Made by a program: the position numbers and the translations under genes
Assembly (NCBI RefSeq): GCF_006345805.1
Contig: NW_021836324.1
Location: forward strand, 1-24,694
Source of the DNA: Octopus sinensis
Lineage: Eukaryota
Direction of reading: 5' to 3'
Length of the DNA stretch: 24,694 nucleotides
Shown here: positions 1 to 10,375 of the stretch, one piece after another
Layout of the letters: every line of letters starts with the position of its first letter
How positions within the stretch are numbered: position 1 is the first letter of the stretch
The notes under the pieces: model-generated
The model's database searches: none
Told to the model about the DNA's origin: nothing
Seen by the model: the letters and a program-made list of their open reading frames with translations, nothing else

Positions 1-23
1 ATGTATATATATATATGTATATG

Positions 24-56
<33 letters not shown>

Positions 57-190
57 GTATGTATATATACGTATATATGTATATAATATATATATATATA
101 TAATATATATATATATACATATATATATACATATATATATACATATCTATACATATATATATGTGTATATATATATATATTATATATAGT
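1..190. repeat. Interrupted (TA)n/(TG) microsatellite
   Basis: Direct reading; accounts for the YI-repeat ORF 1..189. Confidence 0.95.
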
Positions 191-989
191 GCGCGCGATT
201 GTGTATGTATGGTTCGTTTGTGTGTATTTATCTATATTTATATATATCTACATGTATGTATATATATATGAATTTACATATTAGAAGAAATGAGGTACTC
301 AGAAACCCGGATGGTTTTATATTTATAGATATTTCGTAGTATATTACATGTTTATATATATCACATATCATATACTAGCACTTTCGTCCACTCGAGTGGA
401 GTTATCAAATTTCCATTTATATATGTGTGTCATGCACCTGTCCGCGTGACTATTTGTTGAATATGTTCCTAATATAAATCTTTGTTGTGGTAAAAAGCAT
501 ATACACGATTGCACACACACACAGACAATCACACATAGTTATGTATGCATATGTGTATGTGTGTGTGTGTGTGTGTGTGCGTGTGTTTGCGTGTGTGTGT
601 AGTTGCGTTTATATATATTCTATATTTTCGTAATCACTGAATCTCGACTATGCTGAGGTGCCGTCATCAAAGACTTAATTTAGATCATATCCACAAATGC
701 ACTTCAGCGAAGCACATACTGTATCGTTCTCTCTCTCTCACTCTCTCTCTCTCATATATATATAATGTTAATTTGGTCTAGCAGCTAAACATAGGCACAT
801 GCACACATTAGTGTGTGTGTGTGTGCGTGCCAAAAATAGAAATGTCGAATTCATTCCTAAATGTTTCCGTGCTATAAACATGCGGTCATGTGGTTAAATG
901 AATTTACATACATCTACTTATATTCTATTATCACCGTTGTATCTATTCGCTATGTATAAATAAATAATGCATCTACCTACATACACAAA

Positions 990-1196
990 CAAGTACACCC
1001 ACATATATATGTGTATATATAGATATATATATATTTCATATATATATATATTATATATATATATATTGTATATATATATTTCATATATATTATATTGTAT
1101 ATATATATTTCATTTATATATATATTGTATATATATATTTCATATATATACTTTATATATATATGTATTTTATATATATATTATTTATATATATAT

Positions 1197-1257
<61 letters not shown>

Positions 1258-1376
1258 GTATATATATATTTCATATATATATATATTGTATATATATATT
1301 TCATATATATACTTTATATATATATATGTATTTTATATATATATTATTTTATATATATATTATATATATATATTTC

Positions 1377-1407
<31 letters not shown>

Positions 1408-1510
1408 ATTTCATATATATACTTTATATATATATTATTTTATATACTACATATATATCATATATATATATTGTGTATATATATTTCATATATATACTTT
1501 ATATATATAT

Positions 1511-1575
<65 letters not shown>

Positions 1576-1599
1576 TATATATATATATATTTATATATA

Positions 1600-1645
<46 letters not shown>

Positions 1646-1690
1646 ATAAATATGTATACATATTTTATATTTACATATATCTATGTGTGT
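990..1690. repeat. Long (TA)n-derived complex satellite with recurring TTCATA / TTGTATA / CTTTATA interruptions
   Basis: Direct reading; about 700 bp, almost entirely A/T, immediately upstream of the exon A acceptor. Confidence 0.93.
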
Positions 1691-1776
1691 GTGTCTTTCT
1701 TTCACACACACACACACTGCATTTTCTAGCATTGCTTTTTTATATTTCATCATTAACCGTTTTTCTTCTTTTGCAG

Positions 1777-1944
1777 GGAATCATTTGCAAAGACTGCGAA
1801 GAAGTGGTCAGTTTAAGACCATCAACATGTACCAGTGCCATTTGTCATCAGTGCCATACTACAAGAATTGAAAGACGGGAAACTATTTTGGAAATATTCC
1901 AAACGGAATTGAATTATGGACGTGACTTGAAGATTCTATTAGTG
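1777..1944 (+). CDS. RhoGEF exon A (Cys-rich motif + DH helix 1): [56 protein letters not shown]
   Basis: Acceptor ttttcttcttttgcAG (1775-1776); donor GTaagg (1945); phase 0/0; DH CR1 motif E..TE.NY..DL. Confidence 0.93.
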
Positions 1945-2073
1945 GTAAGGAATGAATGACAATATTTGATGCCATTTTTCTTTGCTATCTCTAAGCACAT
2001 TTTCGTTCTAAAGATACAACACGAAGATAGACGCCTTACATATACTTACATATATATGTATATGCGTGTGTGA

Positions 2074-2109
<36 letters not shown>

Positions 2110-2113
2110 CCGC

Positions 2114-2178
<65 letters not shown>

Positions 2179-2270
2179 ATATATATAATATATATATATA
2201 TTGTATATATTTGTGTGTATATATATATACATATATATACACACAAATATATACAAATATATATATATAT

Positions 2271-2309
<39 letters not shown>

Positions 2310-2324
2310 CACACGCGGGCGCAT

Positions 2325-2369
<45 letters not shown>

Positions 2370-3371
2370 TCACACACGCATATACATATATATGTAAGTA
2401 TATGTAAGGCGTCTATCTTCGTGTTGTATCTTTAGAACGAAATGTGCATTTCCTTACTACTTTCCCTATACATTTCCACGTGTAGCTTCTACTTTCATTT
2501 TGTAACATATTTCTATTATATCTATATATCTATATATATATAGGCATAACCCAATGGGCATAAAACGTTGCCCTAAAATTATAAATATGACTAACCGACT
2601 TTGTCAAAAACAATGAGACTGAAGACTGATAAGTCATATACTCTTCTTTCTCAAGTATTACCTATTAATTTACTGTTTCACCGGCCGGCAACACTTAAGT
2701 TACAGGCTGGGTTGTCCTTTATGTTCTATCAATTCTCCTTCGCCAAGTATTGATTATGCGAGGCACTTTATTGAACTGTAGCAAACAACCGTTTCCAACA
2801 CGTGCTTTTTTACTGTTGAATAAATATAACCTCACACATCCTACAGTAAAGACTTGTTTTCACTTTGAGTGGACATTTGCTCTACTCCCAATGGAAACGA
2901 GTTTACTGAGTTACCAAACGATTCTACTTCGCTGTATTTATTTATCACATTATATAAGTTGTCTGTTTGTCCAGGCAATTCCTACCTGCTCTCAATATAT
3001 CTAGATGACTGTATGCTCTATCTATCTAGTAATAGTACACACATTAAATGTGACTTAGTTTCCTTCAGTTTAGACCCCGCCTCTCCTAATCATATATCTC
3101 TTTAACCAATTCTCTTTATTATCTATTTCTCAGGAATTCTATGGTCCAATCAAAGAAGCTGGTCTTATCAATAACCAACAACTGACAGAATTGTTTTTGA
3201 ACTTGGAAGAGCTGGTGGACGTTAACGAGAACTTCATTGAACAGTTGAACCGTGTCTTGAACAGTTCACCTCTCCATAATGATAAGGTAAGAACAACATT
3301 TTATTACATCACATCTCTTGCTCTTTCTCTTTCTCTCACGCTCCTAACACTCACTTTATATACATACATAC

Positions 3372-3402
<31 letters not shown>

Positions 3403-3404
3403 CA

Positions 3405-3435
<31 letters not shown>

Positions 3436-6400
3436 GCGTGCTTACATATGTTTGTGTATATACATATGTAGGGGTAGCTGTGGGCGTAGATGTGTGATGG
3501 CGCATGGCTTATATATATATATTATTTTCTGCTCTATCTCCTATATTGGTTTAGTTCAGTGTGCCATGTGCCAGTATCAACATTTTACTGTTATAACCTA
3601 CTGTTAAAATACAGTATTCCACAGACTCCTACTTCAAGGAAAGTTAAATATTGGTCGCAGAATACCTTAAGATGTAGTAGAATTTTTTGCACTTAAGTTT
3701 GGAGTAAATTCTGGGTGCAAAACGCAGTGCAGTGGGACAAAAATATTGTTTATCTTTACAACTGTATTTGCGAGAAAAACATTCACTAGCTTCAATGATT
3801 ATATTTTCCCAGTTTATTCTATCAATTTAGAACACGCTTAACGACATATATTACATGCTAATGTTGTTCTTTTCAATAAATTTATGTTATCGTCTGCTCT
3901 ATTTTACAGGAGGTCGACTGTGTTAATATTGGTCAATTGTTCCAAGAATCAATCCATATGTTCAAAGCCTTTGAAAAATATTGCGTCAAACAGGTTGGTA
4001 ATCTCCATTTCCTTCTTTTTCCTTCTTTTTTTTTCACTTTTACATTCTAACGTTCTATCTCCATCTTTTTCTTTGTCTTCACTCTTACACTATATCGGTC
4101 TATCTCTCTTTCTGTCTATCTCACTCTTACACCGTTTCTGTCTTTTCTACTCCATCACTATATCCTATATTTCATTCCCATATTAGATCTATCACTATTA
4201 GATCTCCTTCCCACACTACATCTGTCTGTCTATCCCCTTCCCACACTATTTCTGTCTATCTCACTCCCACACTTTATTCGTTCAGTTCCCACCACCACCA
4301 CCTACGCTAGATCTCTTTGTCTCTATCCTTCCCACATTTAATATATTCACTTCTTTCCCATACTACATCTGTCTGTCCATCTCCGTCCCACACTATTTCA
4401 ATCTATCTCACTTCCCACACTATATCTGTCTATCTTCCTCCCACACAATCATCCTGTCTCCTTCCCACATCATACCTCTCTATTTCCATCTATTTTGTTA
4501 TCACATATCAATTCTCTACACCTCTCTCTCTCCCTCTCTCTCTCTCCCTCTCTCTCTCTCTCACAGACAGACGCATACTATCACCACACTACCACCACTA
4601 CCCTTCAACTACATTCTCCACTTCCGTATTTTCTCTACCATTTCAACACAGTGTAATATTTTTTAAACCCTTTTATTTCGCCAGAGTGACGCCATGGACC
4701 TACTAGAGAAATTAGAGACAGAGAATGACATTCTGCGAGCGTTCCTGCAAGTAACACAGGCTGAGAACACCACAGTTCGTCGCATGAGTCTAAAGTCATT
4801 CCTTATGGTTCCTGTTCAAAGAGTTATGAAGTAAGTAAATTGATATGACAAACTACTTATAAACTGGGGGTTCATTTTGATTTTGATCGTTCCGGGTTTT
4901 ATAAAATAGCAACCAGTTATACGTCTGAGAAAATGAGTAAGAAAGTAAAGTAAAGGGTTATTTAAATCTTATCTGTATAACTCTAACGAAATAGAGATTA
5001 ACTACTTAGACCCTTGGTTTCTTTTGACTTTTAGAAACATTAATTAATAAAATAAAGTTAATTGCTTAAGTTCCCTGCTCCATCGATAGATGCTGTCGTT
5101 AAAAAAAAACTTGATTATGAATTTCTGATTAATGAGTTTTTTCTTTTTTCTCCTCACCAGGTATCCTTTATTGTTGAATCGATTGTACAAGTCAACCCCT
5201 CAGCACCACCGGGATTCAATTCCGCTTCACGAATCATTAGTTGGCTTAGAACGAATTTTGGAAGAGATTAATGCTGTAAGTAATTCTTCATCTCTCCATC
5301 GCTGATTTTACATTTATTTTTTTATAATTCTTTTTTTTTTTTTTCAAAATTAAGATAAACACAAAGTTCTTTTTTTTTAATCTAAAATATACTCTCCTTC
5401 ATTTTCTACAATGCTCTTTCATCTATCTGGTAGACTTCCAAGGCCCCTCTTCCAATATTCACTTATCCAGTACTGTTCTGACCTCGTCTACAGAATTCAT
5501 ATTTTTTACCGTCCAAATGATTTTGAAGACTACGAAATAAATTATAATCAGATGGGGCAATGTCTGGTGAATATGGTGGGTGGAACATCGTTTCCTATTC
5601 AAACTGTTCCAGCCTTTAAAATGTCATCCGCGCTGAATGTGGCCGAACATTTTCCTGATGGAAGAACACCTTTCATCTTGAAACCAATGATAGTCGTTTC
5701 TCTCCTAGCACTGACTTAAGCCGCTCAAGCTGCTTGCAGTAGATCGCTTTTGTTATCGTTTGGTTTGGGTTTAGAAGTTCAAAGTGGACTAAACCTTTCA
5801 TAACCCGCCAAACAGGTGGGTGAAGACTTTCTTTATCCTGGGGTGCCGGTGATATTCCTTTCGCTATCCACTGTCTTCAGCGCTTGACATTTTTATAGGG
5901 AACCCATTTCTTGTCACCAGTCTCTATTCGGTCCAAAAAAGGTCCATTCGTGAGACTTGACAGCAAAGAAGAGCATACTTTTACTCTTTGTATGCGATTA
6001 CTACCTGCTTTTATAGCAAGTTGATGCAGGTAGTTTATCCCGTCCCCCTCCGACTTTTAGTTCATGCAATTGAAAAAACCGCATTATTTATGGGATAACC
6101 CAATATTTTACGAGCATGAAACTTAGTACACTTCCTTTCTCTATTTTTCTCATTTTCTATATCCGTGTATTTATTTTTGTTTCTGTCTCATATATTTCAG
6201 AAAATCCAAGGAACTAATACTCTGCGATTAACTCGCAAACGGTCGGAGCTCAGACGACACAGTTCTTCTGACAAGTTCGAGCTCATCAAGGTAAAAATCA
6301 TTCTGACTTTCTCAAATTTCTATAGTGACAAATACTTTGCTGCTCTTTAACGATTACGTTTGTAACATTGTATATTGTCATAGTCTCTCTCAGCTTAAAG

Positions 6401-9043
6401 TAACACATTCTCTATGTCATCACCATGACACACGCTTGTATGTTCTACTGTAACACAGCCCACTTGCTCTCTCATACATTATGATATTAATACTCGATTG
6501 CAATATATTCCATATTGTTACAATATGATACAGAAGCTATTGCTCTGTAAAAACTCTGGTTATATTATGTCAGCCTTTGATAAACTAGTATCAATGTCCT
6601 CATGGTTTTATGGTGACATATGCCCAGCTATTCAACAAAGGGACGGATTTTAATTGTTCTGGGGTATAAAATGTCCTATTGCTCTATAATGTATTGGAGT
6701 TTGTATTATTCTACAGACGTTTTTAGTCTGTTATGACACAAATACGTGAGTGCCTGTATGAGTCTACATGCATACAGCAAAAAAGGATCAAAGGTCCTTT
6801 CCGAGCTGTAGGCCCATAAGGCCGATTTTCTGAATTCTGTGTCGTACATATTATACAAACACCCTCCTGGACGGGACGCCAGTCCGGTGAATGGTTACTC
6901 ACTTTTGCCGGCTGAGTGGACTGGAACAGCGTGAATTGAAATGCTTTGCTCAAGAACACAATGCATTGACCAGCCCAGGAATTGAAACCACAATCTTACA
7001 ATCATAAGTGCATTGCCCTTAACCATTAAACCACACGCCTTCACAAGTTTCCTTGTGTTTTAATAAATGTATGATCGTTGTCACGTTCCTGAATATAAGT
7101 TTCCTGTGAAGGTTCCCAACTTTTGCTTAGAACTAATAACATCCGTTGTGTAAAGCCTAGGCATTTGGTTCAAATAGTATACTTTGTGTAGGTTTTATAA
7201 GTATAATTAGATTTATGTTTTGTATATTAACAGCGCATATGAACAACACTTTAATGTATTTCCCCTTTTTTTCTTCGTGCTTTCAGACTGCTCTCGGTCA
7301 TTTGAATTGGAGCCAAGAGGAGATTCATGACATACTGGTCAGTTCTTTATTGACCACTCAGCCACAAGATCATTTTTGGACTGGGAAAAAAGTCAGCAAC
7401 TTAAAGTTTTCTCAGATACACGCTGTCCTTTTAACACGTGGAGAGGTATGTATTATTTAACACTTGAGATGGATCTACATGTTTTTATTAGATTGTCTGC
7501 GTGTCTGTGGAAGTTTGTTATTCATCAAAAATGAGAGAAATGATTGGTTTACCTAAAGCTTTTTATAACAATATAGGCAGTACCTTTTACATGACACGGA
7601 GCTATGTTTAATAGATGTCCTACTAAACAAAAAGTGTGAGATTGGCAGAATCGGTACAGCGGCGAAAAATGTTTTCTTGTATTTTTCTCCCCAAAACTTG
7701 CCGTGGTCTACTTTGCCTTTTATGCTTCCGGGGTCATTAACATAAGTACCATTAGAGTACTGTACACTTTCCAGAAAATTCATGAGTTTTTACCCATGGA
7801 TACGATTGGTGATCTCCGTTTTATTGCAAGCCAGGCAAATTCCCGATTTTAGGATGCTTCATCGCTTCCATCAGTTTCGGGAGCCTTGAGATCAAAAAAA
7901 ATTTTAGTTAGTTTAGAAGACACTTTTACTTTTTGAACTTTATCATTGAAACAATCAATTTGTGACCTTTAAAAATATATTATAAATATGTTGTTCTCTT
8001 CCTTTCAGCCTCAGCCAAAAAGTAGCATTACTAAGAAGCTGCTTTTTACTCAGCAGTCTCCCATTCAACAAGCAGCCTTGGTCACCCTTCGCTGCAAAGG
8101 CAGTAGATACCAACTAGTCAGGGTAAGTTTTCATCATGTGACTTTCTAGATTGTTAATAGGCTTTTACGGGGGTCATGTTATTTAAAGGCATCAACAGTT
8201 TCTTCAGGGCGGAACATAAAATGACACACGCATAAGGAGGTCTCTTTACTTCTTATGAATAGTAGCTAAATTTCACTCAATTAAAACGATATAGGAAATA
8301 TAGGAAGGACTCCTCGTTACAAAATTTAATCTTAGATATCTCTTAAAAAGGTGGGATTGTCATAGCTAGAATAGTTTTGATCACAGGTTTCTCGGGTCAG
8401 GACTGATCTGATGCTAAGACGCGCAGATGAACAGCAACACTACACGCATACATATGTAATGCAGTTTGTTCAAAAACTTTGATTAACTAAGCTTATCCAT
8501 GAAATTAGTACACAAAAACTCCCTCGAGATGATTCTTTATATCAGATACATTAGCTGTATACGCACGCACAGACAGACAGACATACAGACAGACAGACAG
8601 ACAGACAGATAGATAGACTGGTAAACAACCAGCCCAGCCAGAGAACGGAATCTGTACACGGACTGGGTTCTTACTTGAGCTCTTTAACATGCTTTCCAAA
8701 CTTCCGATTATTGGGCACAGTCCTAACCAAGAAGATGGGAATCTGACTTGCTTCGGTATCGTACTCAAAAGCGGTGTCTCCGATTTATAGTATATCAATA
8801 GATGTTGGGGTGAACAGATAAAGGAGTAGTAGGATAGAATTGTGTATGAGTGAAATGTTGAGTATTTCAGAAGTTTTAATTTTATTTTGTTTATATTTTC
8901 TTTCAGGAACCCCTGTTTTTGGACAAATGTGTCATAACTTTAAATTCAGAATTGTCTGAAAATATATTTGAGGTCCAAGATTGGAATAAAGAAACTTACT
9001 TGTTTAAGGTAAATATCACTCTATCTATCAATCTATCTACATA

Positions 9044-9093
<50 letters not shown>

Positions 9094-10008
9094 TACGTAT
9101 CCTACCTCTATCTTTTTCCTACGTCTCTCTCTCTCTCTCTCTCTCTCTTCCTACATTTCTCTCTTTCTCTTATTTATTATACAATTATAGATTGTAACTT
9201 ACCAAATATACTCGTGAGTAAGAAATGAACAAGTAAACCCAAAGATCACTGTTCCATATCTCACCAGAACAATATAGATACTCTACACATTTATACAAAT
9301 CTACGTCTCTGTATCAAATGAATATAATTTCCTTTAAATCTCATTTAAAAGCTTCATTCCTTACTTTTCATCATTTCATAACTTTCACTAACACGCACCA
9401 TCCACACGCAATCTGTACACCACACGCCAAAATGACATCGGCTCTATACGATTCCAATGAGATCCAAAATGGTTATAGTTGACACATAAATCTGCTTGAC
9501 AGGAACTTCATTTATAAACCTAATATACAAGTATATAACCGTTTTCAAACCTACCGCAAAGGGAACTCTAAGTCTCTTTCGAAACACATTTCGCAAATGA
9601 ATACGAGCGAGAGAACAGAAATGTCGCTGTCCATTTTGAAAAAAACCCACTCCATATAACAATAGTTCAAATCGGAGCAATTATTTTGAACTAGAACTTA
9701 TCACATTCTTAACCATCCCACATCAATAATGAACCGAAAAACAGAGATTCTGTATACCTGCATACACTATATGAAATATTTGCTGTCTCTTTTTCAAGAA
9801 ACAAACAAAGTGATTTGTAGCATCTGAAACATGTCACCATCTTTTCTTTGCTTCAATAACTACGGGGTTTATCTATCTATGTCTGTCTAACTTTCTCACT
9901 CTCTCCTACTATATATATATGTATATATATATGTGTGTGTGTGTGTGTATGTATATATATATATATTTATATATATATTTGTATATATATATGTATATAT
10001 ATATATAG

Positions 10009-10046
<38 letters not shown>

Positions 10047-10375
10047 TTATATATATATTTATATATATATGTATATATATATATATGTATATATATGTAT
10101 ATGTATATATATATGTATATATATATGAGAGAGAGAGAGAGAGACATAGGTAGACGGGTAGATTGTAAAATTTAGCTTCTTTATTGCATAAATTATCTAT
10201 GATTGATTCGTTTCTTACTTGATGTCTAAATTTGACTTCTTTGTATTTACAGGGAGAAGACGACAAAGAAACCAAACGATGGGTTGAACACTTGAAGAGA
10301 TTGAGTCGAAACCTTGGTGTGTTTTGGAGGCGTCGAAACGCCCTCCCAGACATTAATAGCAACAGCAAAGGATAG
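1777..10375 (+). CDS. PsGEF: 5'-incomplete spliced CDS of a Dbl-family DH-PH RhoGEF, probable PsGEF (protostome-specific GEF) ortholog; join(1777..1944,3134..3286,3910..3993,4685..4830,5161..5275,6201..6290,7287..7445,8009..8122,8907..9008,10253..10375)
   Basis: Seen: ten exons with AG/GT boundaries join into a 1254-nt open frame ending at TAG 10373-10375. DH hallmarks are [28 protein letters not shown] and [25 protein letters not shown]; a PH-like C-terminal helix follows ([12 protein letters not shown]). The RhoGEF call is secure. The PsGEF orthology rests on recalled similarity to arthropod PsGEF and needs reciprocal BLAST or a phylogeny. Confidence 0.8.
1995..2447. repeat. ~450-bp near-perfect inverted repeat (palindrome) in the intron after exon A
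   Basis: Left arm GCACATTTTCGTTCTAAAGATACAACACGAAGATAGACGCCTTACATATACTTACA... is the reverse complement of the right arm ending ...CTTTAGAACGAAATGTGC (2447). Inner markers GCGCCCGCGTGTG / CACACGCGGGCGC also pair. The stem closes at 2226/2231 around a 4-nt loop. Confidence 0.95.
3134..3286 (+). CDS. RhoGEF exon B: [51 protein letters not shown]
   Basis: Acceptor atttctcAG (3132-3133); donor GTaaga (3287); 153 nt; DH motif LF.NLEEL..VN..F. Confidence 0.95.
3360..3435. repeat. (TACA)n tetranucleotide repeat
   Basis: Direct reading. Confidence 0.9.
3910..3993 (+). CDS. RhoGEF exon C: [28 protein letters not shown]
   Basis: Acceptor ttttacAG (3908-3909); donor GTtggt (3994); 84 nt; DH motif IG.LF.......F..YC. 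Confidence 0.93.
4195..4480. repeat. Degenerate ~27-bp minisatellite, consensus about TCTGTCTATCTCACTTCCCACACTA
   Basis: TCCCACACTA-like cores recur about nine times, separated by TCTGTCTATCTC-like linkers. Confidence 0.75.
4685..4830 (+). CDS. RhoGEF exon D: [48 protein letters not shown](K)
   Basis: Acceptor ttttatttcgccAG (4683-4684); donor GTaagt (4831); ends in phase 2; DH CR3 motif L.SFL..PVQR. Confidence 0.95.
5161..5275 (+). CDS. RhoGEF exon E: (K)[38 protein letters not shown]
   Basis: Acceptor ttttctcctcaccAG (5159-5160); donor GTaagt (5276); completes the AA|G Lys codon; YPLLL..L.K.TP motif. Confidence 0.95.
5377..6105 (-). mobile_element. Internally deleted, decayed mariner (Tc1/mariner DD34D) element in the intron between exons E and F
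   Basis: Minus-strand translation of 5999->5377: ..[80 protein letters not shown]. It has at least four stops and a frameshift. One TIR TTGGGTTATCCCATAAATAATGCGGTTTTTTC (minus strand, ends at 6103) is followed by TA at 6104-6105. The other TIR and the N-terminal HTH region were not found. Confidence 0.93.
6201..6290 (+). CDS. RhoGEF exon F (basic DH-PH linker): [30 protein letters not shown]
   Basis: Acceptor tatatttcAG (6199-6200); donor GTaaaa (6291); 90 nt; phase 0/0 and frame-consistent. Confidence 0.85.
6779..7044 (-). mobile_element. tRNA-derived SINE (type B) with a CTTGAGCAA...CCAGTCCACTCAGC central core
   Basis: Minus strand: tRNA-like head GGCGTGTGGTTTAATGGTTAAG...GGTTTCAATTCC (A/B boxes), then a 65-bp core shared with 24103-24167, then GACTGGCGTCCCGTCCAGG. 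The core resembles Deu/V-type SINE domains, but the family was not assigned. Confidence 0.75.
7287..7445 (+). CDS. RhoGEF exon G (PH region): [53 protein letters not shown]
   Basis: Long polypyrimidine tract then tttcAG (7285-7286); donor GTatgt (7446); 159 nt open. Confidence 0.88.
7636..7762 (+). mobile_element. Old, deleted copy of the type C SINE seen at 21080-21307
   Basis: GTGAGATTGGCAGAA...GCCGTGGTCTACTTTGCCTTTTATGCTTCCGGGGTCATTAACATAAGTACCA aligns by eye with GTGAGCTGGCAGAA...GCCGAGGTCGACTTTGCCGTTCATCCTTTCGGGGTCGATAAATTAAGTACCA. Confidence 0.65.
8009..8122 (+). CDS. RhoGEF exon H (PH region): [38 protein letters not shown]
   Basis: Acceptor ttctcttcctttcAG (8007-8008); donor GTaagt (8123); 114 nt open. 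Confidence 0.87.
8907..9008 (+). CDS. RhoGEF exon I (PH region): [34 protein letters not shown]
   Basis: Acceptor ttttctttcAG (8905-8906); donor GTaaat (9009); 102 nt; beta-strand pattern FEV...E.YLFK. Confidence 0.9.
9908..10145. repeat. Complex (TA)n/(TG)n/(GA)n microsatellite in the last intron
   Basis: Direct reading. Confidence 0.92.
10253..10375 (+). CDS. RhoGEF terminal coding exon J: [40 protein letters not shown]
   Basis: Acceptor ttctttgtatttacAG (10251-10252); PH C-terminal helix with conserved Trp; stop TAG 10373-10375. Confidence 0.9.
   Translation, partial: GEDDKETKRWVEHLKRLSRNLGVFWRRRNALPDINSNSKG

Noticed and set aside
5411-5719. 102-aa plus-strand ORF in an intron
   Set aside because: It is the antisense shadow of the minus-strand mariner transposase remnant.
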